A DNA stretch of 37,898 nt from Octopus bimaculoides (taxonomy: Eukaryota): contig NC_068981.1 of the NCBI RefSeq assembly GCF_001194135.2, positions 169,780,113 through 169,818,010 on the forward strand, written 5' to 3'. The notes beneath the pieces were generated by a model, which had not been told where the DNA came from, did not search any database, and was given only the letters and a program-made list of their open reading frames with translations. The position numbers were made by a program, and so were the translations under genes. Shown piece after piece: positions 1 to 12,107 of this stretch; the stretch's first letter is position 1, and each line of letters begins with the position of its first letter.

Positions 1-83
1 CTTCCTTCCCCCTCCCAAAAAGAAAAGCTCTACATTGTATTTGTCCCATCTTCGTTGAGCCCTGTGTGGCTAATAAAAGAAAT
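1..83 (+). mobile_element. 3' tail of an interspersed repeat (probable SINE), cut by the window edge
   Basis: Ends ...TACATTGTATTTGTCCCATCTTCGTTGAGCCCTGTGTGGCTAATAAAAGAAAT followed by (TG/TA)n. Resembles an octopus SINE tail from recall; the head lies outside the window. Confidence 0.4.
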
Positions 84-2868
84 GTATATGTATGTGTATT
101 TATATATATGTATGAGTGTATGTCAGTGTGTGAGAGCACATGTGCACGTGTGCATTTTTATACATACACTGAATAAAGTTCCTTGAAACAAATAAATGAA
201 TAAAATAACAAAAGGATATCAATTAATTAATTTCATGATAATATTGACTTCATGTGGCAAGGCTCAAGGTGAAATATGCGTTCATACTTGAATCAACTGT
301 AATGCGTTCTACGATGAACACAGGGAAGTCAGTTTCATAACTTTCTCAAGCTTTTGGAGCAGAACAACCAATAACATAGCTAAAGGTAGGAAAACTTATT
401 ACTTTTAACATAAGACTTCCTGGAAGCACTATTAAGATTTTTTCCAGTGCAATTTAAGACATTTATTTTATATAGTTAGAGGTTATATAGTTATTTAGCA
501 AATGTTGGTACTTTCCAGTAAAGTATCTCTGAGACAGGGCAAAGTCGTCATAGAAAACAGTGTGTGTGTGTGTGTGTCTCTGTGTGTGTGTGTGTGNNNN
601 NNNNNNNNNNNNNNNNNNNNNNNNNNNNNNNNNNNNNNNNNNNNNNNNNNNNNNNNNNNNNNNNNNNNNNNNNNNNNNNNNNNNNNNNNNNNNNNNNNNN
701 NNNNNNNNNNNNNNNNNNNNNNNNNNNNNNNNNNNNNNNNNNNNNNNNNNNNNNNNNNNNNNNNNNNNNNNNNNNNNNNNNNNNNNNNNNNNNNNNNNNN
801 NNNNNNNNNNNNNNNNNNNNNNNNNNNNNNNNNNNNNNNNNNNNNNNNNNNNNNNNNNNNNNNNNNNNNNNNNNNNNNNNNNNNNNNNNNNNNNNNNNNN
901 NNNNNNNNNNNNNNNNNNNNNNNNNNNNNNNNNNNNNNNNNNNNNNNNNNNNNNNNNNNNNNNNNNNNNNNNNNNNNNNNNNNNNNNNNNNNNNNNNNNN
1001 NNNNNNNNNNNNNNNNNNNNNNNNNNNNNNNNNNNNNNNNNNNNNNNNNNNNNNNNNNNNNNNNNNNNNNNNNNNNNNNNNNNNNNNNNNNNNNNNNNNN
1101 NNNNNNNNNNNNNNNNNNNNNNNNNNNNNNNNNNNNNNNNNNNNNNNNNNNNNNNNNNNNNNNNNNNNNNNNNNNNNNNNNNNNNNNNNNNNNNNNNNNN
1201 NNNNNNNNNNNNNNNNNNNNNNNNNNNNNNNNNNNNNNNNNNNNNNNNNNNNNNNNNNNNNNNNNNNNNNNNNNNNNNNNNNNNNNNNNNNNNNNNNNNN
1301 NNNNNNNNNNNNNNNNNNNNNNNNNNNNNNNNNNNNNNNNNNNNNNNNNNNNNNNNNNNNNNNNNNNNNNNNNNNNNNNNNNNNNNNNNNNNNNNNNNNN
1401 NNNNNNNNNNNNNNNNNNNNNNNNNNNNNNNNNNNNNNNNNNNNNNNNNNNNNNNNNNNNNNNNNNNNNNATATACATATATATATATGTGTGTGTGTGT
1501 AAAGATATATGTTGCCTGTTTTTATGCTACCCACTTTATCTTGGTACAGTTATCGTACTCTACGATTTACCTCCCAGTGTATGATTCCCCTCTTTTCAAG
1601 CTACCAGTCGTAGATGTCCTGAAGAATTTCAGTAATGCTACTCTTCCTCCTTAGCCTAGGCAATTGTATAACGGAAAATAAAAGAAAGACTTCAAACATT
1701 ACTGCTGTCTACTCTGCCACATTGAAATCTTCAATCGATAAACGAAAACGCGAGATCATCCGAATGACTTTACTCTATGTACCACAAAACAATTAGTATA
1801 TTGTCTCAGTTAATGTCTAAGCAGCCGCTTGTTTTTGTTTTCTTTCTTCATGTTCAAATATACATATGTTGAAAAGAAGTTAAATAATAAACATACATTC
1901 AAAATTTAAAAAAAAAAAAAAAAATTATTGTACCTACTTTGCTTTTGTTGAAGTTGTGATATTCAACTTGCACTTAGCAAAGAAGATTTAGATTTTATTT
2001 TTCCTAATCGTTAAATGATAAAATGAAAACAAACAAAAAATACAATTGTCAAATATTGAATTATTTGGGATAAATAAATAAATAAAAAATCGTAAGAAAT
2101 TGGAAGAATGGCGGATGTTTAGTGCAGGGATATTGAACTATTTCTAAATGAATTTTAAAATAAAAAAATATATTGCAATGGATATTTACATTTTCATTTA
2201 AAATACAAACAATACTATACTTGCAATTGTTGCTTTGTATAATATATTGACACCATACTGTATGTAGTTGCAAACAAATCAAACATACAAACATACTTTC
2301 ATACACAGATATTCACACGCCCATACAACCATTTTCACAAACACCACGGCACGAAAGACTGGATATATATGTACGTATATTGTAAATGACGGCGAATAAT
2401 TGAAGGCTGTGGTTTCCTATTTATCATAACATATGGTTGGTAATACGACATTCTGTAGAGCTTCACATGGAATAATAAACGGTTCAGCAGAAAGCTTGGT
2501 TCCAGCGCTATAAATCTACATGGAGAAGACGTTTATCTTGGCCAGGGATTCATTAATATGACAATAGATATTATTCCTCAGAACATATTTATTCACCTTC
2601 AAAACACACTTATTTGTGCACCCAGAGCAAATATTGCAGTATTGATATCGAAGAAATTCTTACGCATCAAGTAATAATTCCTTAGAATGAAATATTAACT
2701 TGAGTCAAATAATGAATATGGATAAGAAACGGTATGAAAAAAAGAACGCGATCGTGTTTCCGCCCCCGATGCAATGAGAATAATTGTAGTATTTTTCTTC
2801 ACATTTGTCTTATAGATAGCCATTGTGAAGAGTGAATAGGAGCAATAACTTATGGAAAACGAACAATC

Positions 2869-2982
<114 letters not shown>

Positions 2983-3179
2983 AGATATATATATATATAC
3001 ATACCCAAATACATATATGTGTGTGTGTTTGTGTTTGTGTGTGTTTGTGTTTGTGTGTGTGTGCGTGCGATTCTGTATATGTATATATAAATATGCACAT
3101 GATTAAATAGCCCGTTCGTTCTAAGTATAAGTTATAGATGATCAGACACACAATACATGCATACACACATACACATGTA

Positions 3180-3392
3180 TTCTTTTATCCATTTATTTCC
3201 CTCAGCCATTGGACTGCTGCCAAGGTGGGGCACTAGCTGGAAGGTTTTACTCGATCTAATCGACTCCAGTACTTGCTTTATTTCACAGTATTGCACTTAT
3301 GCCATCAGTGTATATTGCCTAACTGCCAAGTTGGTGGGGCGTAAACAAACCAAATCTAGCTGTCAAGCGGTGGGGAACAAACAAAGATACCC
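3180..3392 (-). mobile_element. Degenerate SINE 3' body/tail
   Basis: Homologous to 24524-24645 (TTTTAT..TTT..CAG..ATT.GACTG..G.CA.G.TGG.GCA; CCG/CTGCTAAGTT..GG.GAC). Its reverse complement AAGTACTGGAGTCGATTAGATCGA matches the GTACTGGGATCGATCTAATCGA module of the SINE at 12045-12066. Confidence 0.7.
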
Positions 3393-3791
3393 TCATACAC
3401 ATACATAAACACGTACACTCGCACAAATACATCATCATACACTCACACACGCGCGCGCCCACACGTACACACGTATATACCAACCACACTTAAATGACAC
3501 ATACGTACTTCTTGATACATACGTAAATGTACAAGTGTATCAATGTGATAAAGGAGATGGGGTCAAACAGGTAGCCAATACAAAAATTAGAGTCATATAA
3601 TTTATTAAAAGCTATTTAGCATTTCAAATACTGTTACTTAGAGTTTCTGAATTTCACTGTTTGAGCGATTGTGGACGAAAATGGCATTTAGGAGTTATTT
3701 CAAAACATTTTAAAGACATGATCAAAGAGCGAATAACGAATATTAATTGAATGAATCTTTCACAGACAATAGAAACACTAACGTTTTGCAT

Positions 3792-3894
<103 letters not shown>

Positions 3895-4408
3895 GCATAC
3901 ACACACGCACACACACCTATATATATGCATATTGGCAATTTCTGTCTGTTACAATCTTAGTGCCTGAACTGGCAAATCAATATTCACGAAATTTTGCATA
4001 CATGTTACACTAAAATCCAGTTATATAATAGACGAATTGTAGTTCAATAAAAATCTATAATGTGTCCCCCTACAAGGGACGTTTGGTGAATTATATGATA
4101 ACATGAGCTGCAAAAAGTATTAGAGAGAGGGAAAGGTAGTAATTGAGAGTGGGTGACTTATATCAGTGAAGGCAACAACAGCGGTGGCAATGGTGTGTGC
4201 ATTAATACAGCTGCCATATACACGCAACGCTGCATACATACTCTCATGTGTGTGTATGTGAGACCTATAACCGTCTCTCTCTACTTTTGTAAGGTCTTCC
4301 CTGCTGCCTTCACATAGTGAGATTTTAAAATTCTGTCAAAATTTCCATATTTAGTATATTGAAATAATTTTGCACGTTAACTCCCATTTTGTTATTTATT
4401 TGTTTCAG

Positions 4409-4519
4409 AAAAGCTGTAATAAAATGTTACAGATGTTTAAATTTTAATCAATTTTACCTAATCAGGAAACAGGATTTAGAAGCTGGTATTTTCTGCAAGA
4501 TAGTTATCTATCACGAAAT
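4409..4519 (+). CDS. Candidate internal exon (111 nt), product unknown: KAVIKCYRCLNFNQFYLIRKQDLEAGIFCKIVIYHE
   Basis: Acceptor TTATTTATTTGTTTCAG, donor AT|GTAAGC, length a multiple of 3, only one frame open (1 leading + 2 trailing nt). No homology recognised. Confidence 0.25.
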
Positions 4520-4829
4520 GTAAGCAAAATAATTAGGTGGAGGAATTTTTATTTAACAAACGAGAGCAAAGCATTACGCCGACCAAATTGTAAGAACGCC
4601 TGAAGTCTTAATGAATAATATCATGTACAACGGTCGAACAGACATGTAAATAACTTTAAAATAAAAAAGAAATCCTCAACGAAGTGTTTTGGCGAAAAGT
4701 TGCACAAATCTGTCCTGATTAACAGGCCTGTTTGTCGGAGATGGCATGGAATAAATAGACATTTATATGAGACATTCTATTGTAAAAATTGCCTGGTAAC
4801 GACGAGCTATTTAGCAAGTATATATATTT

Positions 4830-5535
4830 TCATATATAATTAAGGATATAAACATTATAGAGATTTTATCAAGTGACCAGCATGAAATAAAGACCAAATA
4901 GGTAACAAATAATACTAATATATAATTATTAAGATATAATTATAATAAGGGGTGCTGATAAAACAACACCAACATGCTAGATATTGAGGCAAAATCGCGC
5001 TAAACTATATCTTGTACTCCGTTAGCACAGCTTCAAAATGAGAGAAGGAACAAAGGAAAACTTTTTAAGGGTTAATTATAGATAGACCTCTAGCTTAGAG
5101 ATATCAAATCTCCCTGCGTCTTCAGTATAATATGCCCTACAGTACATAAATGCAAATATTTATTCATACCCATACGAATAATACATATTCACACGTATAT
5201 ATACATAGACTCACATGTATATGCTAGTTAAATCTAATTTATTCACCTCAATCATGTGCATTTACAACCAAAATAATACCGTAGTGAATATAATTTGATC
5301 AAAGTAAATAATATATATGTTTATACATAATTAAGGATGAAATCATTATAGAGATTTTATCAAGTGTTCAGCATGAAATAAAGATCATATAGGTAAAAAT
5401 TAATACTAATGTATAATTGTAAACATATAATTATAATAAAGGGTGCTAATAAACAACACCAACATGCTAGATATAGCTGCCAAATCGCGCCAAAACCACA
5501 TCTTGTACAACGGTAGCACAGATTCAAAGCGAGAG
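4830..5535 (+). repeat. Two diverged direct copies of an about 205-bp unit (about 4841-5044 and 5332-5535)
   Basis: Shared blocks include CATTATAGAGATTTTATCAAGTG, CAGCATGAAATAAAGA, GGGTGCT.ATAAACAACACCAACATGCTAGATAT, AAATCGCGC, TCTTGTAC and TAGCACAG.TTCAAA; offset about 491 bp. Confidence 0.95.
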
Positions 5536-5622
5536 TACATGATGTTTTACCGTTATCTGGCGTCTATATCGAGCATGTTGGTGTTGTTTATCAGCACCCT
5601 TTATTTTAGTTATATCTTTATA
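5418..5622. mobile_element. Foldback/palindromic element, MITE-like
   Basis: 5437-5476 (TAAAGGGTGCTAATAAACAACACCAACATGCTAGATATAG) and the reverse complement of 5564-5603 match at 38/40. Weaker symmetry continues outward to about 5418/5622 and inward to GTAC at 5505/5535, leaving a 26-nt loop. TA-AAGGGTG resembles Tc1/mariner termini. No ORF. Confidence 0.65.
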
Positions 5623-5667
5623 TATTTGTATATCTATATGTGTGTATGTATTTGTACATGTATCAAA

Positions 5668-5765
5668 TTTTCGATAACTGCATAAACAAATAAAAGTAAT
5701 CTAGAGAATACACACAAACACACACATACACACACACACAAACACACACACACACAAACACACAA

Positions 5766-5804
<39 letters not shown>

Positions 5805-5886
5805 CATGCACGTATTAATTTTTCGATAATCGCATACACAAATAAAAGCAATCTAGAATATACACACGCACACATACACACACACG

Positions 5887-5936
<50 letters not shown>
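5668..5936 (+). repeat. Tandem duplication, period about 153 bp: a 43-bp unique head plus a (CA)n tract
   Basis: TTTCGATAACTGCATAAACAAATAAAAGTAATCTAGA at 5668 versus TTTCGATAATCGCATACACAAATAAAAGCAATCTAGA at 5821, each followed by (CA)n. Confidence 0.9.
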
Positions 5937-5970
<34 letters not shown>

Positions 5971-6030
5971 TGTGAGTGTATTCATGTAAAAATGTATGTA
6001 TATTTAGTCATATATGTATACGAATAATAC

Positions 6031-6135
6031 TACCTGAAAAGTTCATGTAAAATGAATTTAAAACACGCTTTTATGAGCATAAATATTCTTTTTAATATAG
6101 TGTAGAATGCTTTCTCTAAACTTTATGAAATACAC
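6031..6135 (+). mobile_element. Probable Penelope-like element relic (GIY-YIG endonuclease fragment)
   Basis: 6054-6092 translates as EFKTRFYEHKYSF, preceded by frameshifted YLKSSC. Resembles the YIG..(E)FK.R...HK.SF segment of Penelope GIY-YIG domains. A stop follows at 6093. Confidence 0.45.
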
Positions 6136-6437
6136 ATACTCTGAAGGAGAATGCGTACCAGTGACTTTCAAAACGCACAGGGTCATCTTAGATGATGAAT
6201 GACTCGCTTTACTCATCTTCAATGTCTGTATTGTGCTTAAGAGAGACATTTTTCATTTTATTCTAGGTTGTTCAAAAATTGAATCGAAAATCCGAAATCT
6301 ATTGAAATGACTTATCGACCGAATGCACTAGGATATTAAACATTATTTGTCTTCGGTTATTGACGATTTATCGATTGCTTTAATTTCCGCAACAACTGCC
6401 TTATTTTTCTCTATCACCTCTTCATTCATCTATCAAA

Positions 6438-6568
6438 CCATCCATCATCCATCCATCCATCCATCCATCCATCCATCCATCCATCCATCTATCCTTCCTT
6501 CCTTCCTTCCTTCCTTCCTTCCTTCCTTCCTTCCTTCCTTTCATCCATCCATCCATCCATCTATCCAT
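6438..6568. repeat. Compound tetranucleotide repeat (CCAT)n-(CCTT)12-(CCAT)n
   Basis: Direct reading; pure CCTT block at 6493-6540. Confidence 0.97.
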
Positions 6569-6936
6569 GTATATACGATTGTTGCAGCTTTATTTTGAAT
6601 ATAACCATTTAACACCAGAGAAAGTAATTCAATCATAAGAAGAGTGTAATATCCATGTAATGCTCTATGGAAATATGATTATTACATTGACGATAATGCT
6701 GTACTTATACAGGAGTATAACCAATAATTACATATAAACCATGAAATAGTTTCATTGACTTATTCCATTGACGTCTATTAACATTTAGAGTATTTATATT
6801 TCTGTGAAAGGGCAATATCTTATCAGAGCTTGCAACTATGACTAATAAGAACCAGTGATTTATTGTTTTTAGTGTACACATAGTTCACGCTTACCATTGA
6901 ACAATATCATACATGAACTTATAATAATTTTCTCAG

Positions 6937-7011
6937 AGGCAAGTACGGTGAAATCTGTTATTTACTGAAGACATCTAAAACGATCTATGCATCTCAGATA
7001 CGTCTACCTAT
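6937..7011 (+). CDS. Candidate internal exon (75 nt): GKYGEICYLLKTSKTIYASQIRLP
   Basis: Acceptor ATAATTTTCTCAG, donor AT|GTAAGC, multiple of 3, only the 1+2 phase is open. Confidence 0.3.
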
Positions 7012-7234
7012 GTAAGCTATAAATGTTATTCATTTATTATAAAAACTAAATTACTTCCATTTCATTATAAAAATGTAAGAAATTGGTGTTAGGCACCACA
7101 TAATAATGTCTTTCAACTTCAGTATATCCACTAATGTTAAAGATATCAGCCAAGTGTGGCAATAAGAATATTAGACTACATTACTGCGTCGTGAAGGTGT
7201 AAATAGTTCTGCTTTTCTCTTAATGTCATTGCAG

Positions 7235-7333
7235 ATTGAGGCGTGTGATGTGTATGATATTGAACGGATCGTACTTCTTAGCAGTCTGTCAGGCTTGCTT
7301 AAATAGAAAAAATGATCGAAAGAAGTTCTTGGT
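7235..7333 (+). CDS. Candidate internal exon (99 nt): LRRVMCMILNGSYFLAVCQACLNRKNDRKKFL
   Basis: Strong acceptor TTCTGCTTTTCTCTTAATGTCATTGCAG and consensus donor GGT|GTAAGT; multiple of 3; only the 1+2 phase is open. Could also be a non-coding exon. Confidence 0.4.
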
Positions 7334-9347
7334 GTAAGTATCCCGTGTTTTTGTTTTTTTAGGAAAATATTTGACAATGTGTCCTACTTGTCCAATCTAT
7401 TGAACAATATTTACTATCTCATTCAATCAGTTTTGAACCGCAAATTTTAGGCAGATATATGGCACGGTTAAAAAAAAAAAAGATTTAATATGTATATATG
7501 TTAAAATTCAGAATCAGAGCAAAGCGGTGAGCTGCTACGTCGACAGGTTACACCAATCAAACGTAAAGATTTAGGTAAAAGGAGAAATACCATTGTTTCC
7601 TTTTTCTTTTCTTTTTCTCTGTCTCCCTGTCTCTCTTTCCCGCTCTATTTCCCTATGTCTCTACATCATCGCAGCTAAAGTCAACAGTGGCAATATTCCA
7701 TACAAGGACAACTGATCTGGCTTGACCTATTAAAATTAGTTTAATAAATCTACGGTCAATAAGTCAATTTTGGTTTGTTAATTTTATCGTTGCTTGAACG
7801 GCGGTGCGTGACGAGAGTTTCTGATAAAACACCGACAGATTACACATATTTCTTGTTTGTGTGTGTGTGCATGTATATATGTATATATATATATANNNNN
7901 NNNNNNNNNNNNNNNNNNNNNNNNNNNNNNNNNNNNNNNNNNNNNNNNNNNNNNNNNNNNNNNNNNNNNNNNNNNNNNNNNNNNNNNNNNNNNNNNNNNN
8001 NNNNNNNNNNNNNNNNNNNNNNNNNNNNNNNNNNNNNNNNNNNNNNNNNNNNNNNNNNNNNNNNNNNNNNNNNNNNNNNNNNNNNNNNNNNNNNNNNNNN
8101 NNNNNNNNNNNNNNNNNNNNNNNNNNNNNNNNNNNNNNNNNNNNNNNNNNNNNNNNNNNNNNNNNNNNNNNNNNNNNNNNNNNNNNNNNNNNNNNNNNNN
8201 NNNNNNNNNNNNNNNNNNNNNNNNNNNNNNNNNNNNNNNNNNNNNNNNNNNNNNNNNNNNNNNNNNNNNNNNNNNNNNNNNNNNNNNNNNNNNNNNNNNN
8301 NNNNNNNNNNNNNNNNNNNNNNNNNNNNNNNNNNNNNNNNNNNNNNNNNNNNNNNNNNNNNNNNNNNNNNNNNNNNNNNNNNNNNNNNNNNNNNNNNNNN
8401 NNNNNNNNNNNNNNNNNNNNNNNNNNNNNNNNNNNNNNNNNNNNNNNNNNNNNNNNNNNNNNNNNNNNNNNNNNNNNNNNNNNNNNNNNNNNNNNNNNNN
8501 NNNNNNNNNNNNNNNNNNNNNNNNNNNNNNNNNNNNNNATATATATATGTATATATATATATATACATATATACATATATCATTGCAAATTCTAATAGGT
8601 AAAAACACACGTATACAAGATAGAAAAAGGGGACACTTACATATATGCATATAAATTCTTATTAATTGTTCCTTCTTGTAGTCCATATTCACATAAATAT
8701 ATATCTATCCTGTCTGTGTAGTTGAAATTTTAGAGGTTTGACACAGTACTGTATGTGTGTGTTTGTATGTGATCAGATACAGTATTTCACAGCATTTAGT
8801 TCTAAAGTTTTACGTAGGAAAATCAAATAGAAAATGTCAAGGGAACATTGCTTGTGAATGCAACAATGTACCTCTCCGTGTGATAACTACATACATACAT
8901 ATGAATTCAAAAATGATGACGGTGACAATAAAAGCGCAAATCAGAAGACTTGACAAAAATCTCTCCGTAAATAGTACAACGTACAACTGATAGTTATCAT
9001 AGTGGAGTAATGCAAAATCTAAGCATATGTATACATATGTGTATGTATACAAATATGTGTCCATATATCTAACGTTACATTTACAACCTAGAAATATTGA
9101 ATAAATTCACAATATGTATAAAGAAGTATGTGTAGAAAGGAGCAGCTACGCATCTCATCGTATTATATCAATGCTAGAATTTCAGATCAGTTTTCTCTCA
9201 TTGTCCTTTAATTTTCTTTATACAGTTCATTCTTCGTCTCTTTCTCCAGAATCTACCAGATTCAGTTAGCAAGTTTCGCCTTTTCAGCACCCATCAATTA
9301 GTCTTATCCCTTACTCTCAGGATCTTGCTTTGATATGTATATAATAT

Positions 9348-9384
<37 letters not shown>

Positions 9385-9996
9385 NNNNNNNNNNNNNNNN
9401 NNNNNNNNNNNNNNNNNNNNNNNNNNNNNNNNNNNNNNNNNNNNNNNNNNNNNNNNNNNNNNNNNNNNNNNNNNNNNNNNNNNNNNNNNNNNNNNNNNNN
9501 NNNNNNNNNNNNNNNNNNNNNNNNNNNNNNNNNNNNNNNNNNNNNNNNNNNNNNNNNNNNNNNNNNNNNNNNNNNNNNNNNNNNNNNNNNNNNNNNNNNN
9601 NNNNNNNNNNNNNNNNNNNNNNNNNNNNNNNNNNNNNNNNNNNNNNNNNNNNNNNNNNNNNNNNNNNNNNNNNNNNNNNNNNNNNNNNNNNNNNNNNNNN
9701 NNNNNNNNNNNNNNNNNNNNNNNNNNNNNNNNNNNNNNNNNNNNNNNNNNNNNNNNNNNNNNNNNNNNNNNNNNNNNNNNNNNNNNNNNNNNNNNNNNNN
9801 NNNNNNNNNNNNNNNNNNNNNNNNNNNNNNNNNNNNNNCGTGTCCGTCTGCCCCTAACTATCCCCTTTTATCACTTCATCTTTCCCAGCCAATCTTCTTT
9901 TCTCTAATTGTAATTCTTACACCCCTTCTATTCCAACTTCTATCAATCATGTAGCTACACATATATATATTTTAAATGTATAGTTTCATATCAGTT

Positions 9997-10065
<69 letters not shown>

Positions 10066-11715
10066 ATCGAATATTTTCTTTATACTTGTCAAATTTGTTT
10101 CCATGTTTGCTTAGCAAACCAATTCAATTTCCTTACATGTCCCTTTCATCTTCGTTCCGTGGCATTTGTTTGTATTAATGTTGTTAATTCTGATATACAC
10201 ACATACAATTCTAACTTTATGTATTACGAATTTTTTGCTTTCATTTCTCTCTTCTATTTACTTTTGTTTTTGTCTCACAAATCCAGGAAAATAGGAAAAT
10301 ATTCGATTGATGTGGTCAAATCTGAAATACTCTCCAAAATTCAAAGCATTTCCGGTTTGCTTATCACAGTTTGATTTTGAAATGTATTAAATATTTCAAA
10401 TTTATGTATTTTACACCTATATTTTGTGAATATTTATTTTAGTTATTTTGTGATAGCATCAAAATACATTTCACGTTGTTGTCCATTGATTTTTTACATG
10501 TACTTTTCTTGTTTCGCGTTTATTTGGCAAGAATTTGGTTTGTTGCGTGTCTCTCAGCTTTTCTTGAAAGAAAAACGGCATCTTACTACACTGAGCCACC
10601 TACTATTTGTTACTACACTTGACGGAGAGGGAGATCAAATGAAATAGGGGGGGAGGTGAAGCAAAGAGAAATCTATATTATATTAAAAAGGTATAAGTTA
10701 GGAAAATCTTGAAAGTTATCTTTTGTTGTAATATAATTGTGTTTCTTCTTGAAAAAGCTTCTAATCTGCATTTAATTTAACTTACAGTGGAGACAAAATA
10801 TATTCTNNNNNNNNNNNNNNNNNNNNNNNNNNNNNNNNNNNNNNNNNNNNNNNNNNNNNNNNNNNNNNNNNNNNNNNNNNNNNNNNNNNNNNNNNNNNNN
10901 NNNNNNNNNNNNNNNNNNNNNNNNNNNNNNNNNNNNNNNNNNNNNNNNNNNNNNNNNNNNNNNNNNNNNNNNNNNNNNNNNNNNNNNNNNNNNNNNNNNN
11001 NNNNNNNNNNNNNNNNNNNNNNNNNNNNNNNNNNNNNNNNNNNNNNNNNNNNNNNNNNNNNNNNNNNNNNNNNNNNNNNNNNNNNNNNNNNNNNNNNNNN
11101 NNNNNNNNNNNNNNNNNNNNNNNNNNNNNNNNNNNNNNNNNNNNNNNNNNNNNNNNNNNNNNNNNNNNNNNNNNNNNNNNNNNNNNNNNNNNNNNNNNNN
11201 NNNNNNNNNNNNNNNNNNNNNNNNNNNNNNNNNNNNNNNNNNNNNNNNNNNNNNNNNNNNNNNNNNNNNNNNNNNNNNNNNNNNNNNNNNNNNNNNNNNN
11301 NNNNNNNNNNNNNNNNNNNNNNNNNNNNNNNNNNNNNNNNNNNNNNNNNNNNNNNNNNNNNNNNNNNNGTGTGTTTGTGTGTGTGTGTGTGTGTGTGTAT
11401 GTGTGTGTGTGTGTGTGTGTATACTTTGTTATTAAAAAAAAACAGTATCAGTTGAGAGGAAATAACTCTTAGTGTTTTTGATGTGACTTGAGCATGATTT
11501 TATTTGTCCAGAATGCATGGCACGGAGATCAAGATTTTAAGGTTAGCAACATCATTTGGGCAATGGTGGAGTATTTTCCACATCGTGCAAACGATAGCGC
11601 TTACTGTGGCGTTGAAGGGAATATGGTTTGAGTTTCTTGTGCATTGTCATGCCGTCTAATTTTTGTGATTAATCTGTGGAGTACTTCAATTCTTATAATA
11701 TTTTGTTTCGTGTAG

Positions 11716-11835
11716 GGAGACCACAGTGGAACGGATGACGGTGGAGAAGAAAACGAAAATGGTAGAAGAGTTTCAAGACCGAAAGTCTTGGATGTCTTAA
11801 ATACATATTTTAAAAGCCAATACAGTGCCAAGTAA
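11716..11835 (+). CDS. Candidate terminal coding exon. Phase 0 gives GDHSGTDDGGEENENGRRVSRPKVLDVLNTYFKSQYSAK*; the alternative phase gives ETTVERMTVEKKTKMVEEFQDRKSWMS*
   Basis: Acceptor ATTTTGTTTCGTGTAG then a purine-rich stretch, richer in G+C than its flanks, open in two frames. Confidence 0.35.
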   Translation, partial: GDHSGTDDGGEENENGRRVSRPKVLDVLNTYFKSQYSAK

Positions 11836-11901
11836 AAGATTATGAATACAAGTTGATGGCTTGTAATATTACTTTTGTATATTAATATTTCATATTTAGG
11901 A

Positions 11902-12107
11902 CGGCGGCGAACTGGCAGAAGCGTTAGCACGCCGGGCGAAATGCTTAGCGGTATTTCGTCTGTCGTTACGTTCTGATTTCAAATTCCGCCGAGGTCGACT
12001 TTGCCTTTCATCCTTTCGGGGTCGATAAATTAAGTACCAGTTGGGTACTGGGATCGATCTAATCGACTGGATCCCAAATTTCGGGCCGTGTTCCTAGATT
12101 AGAAAAG
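11902..12107 (+). mobile_element. Full-length tRNA-derived SINE (octopus OK/OR-like) with an 18-bp TSD
   Basis: A-box-like TGGCAGAAGCGT (11913), B-box-like GATTTCAAATTCC (11975-11987), body GTCGACTTTGCCTTTCATCCTTTCGGGGTCGATAAATTAAGTACCAG. Flanked by AATATTTCATATTTAGGA (11884-11901) and AATATTTCGTATTTAGGA (12108-12125), 17/18 identical. Confidence 0.9.

Noticed and set aside
1520-1665. Minus-strand peptide RKSSITEILQDIYDW*LEKRG, faintly like the C-terminal SSVT.ML..L.W..LE.RR motif of LINE ORF2
   Set aside because: Too short and degenerate to call without a profile search.
6345-6432. Minus-strand mini-[31 protein letters not shown]
   Set aside because: Protein-like, but it has no credible acceptor or other support and abuts a microsatellite.
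10788-10806. Acceptor TTAACTTACAG followed by GDKIYS in the same phase as the candidate exon chain
   Set aside because: Only 19 nt are visible before a gap; cannot be evaluated.
11902-11990. tRNA gene
   Set aside because: A/B-box-like motifs are present, but there is no cloverleaf; it continues into a SINE body with a TSD.
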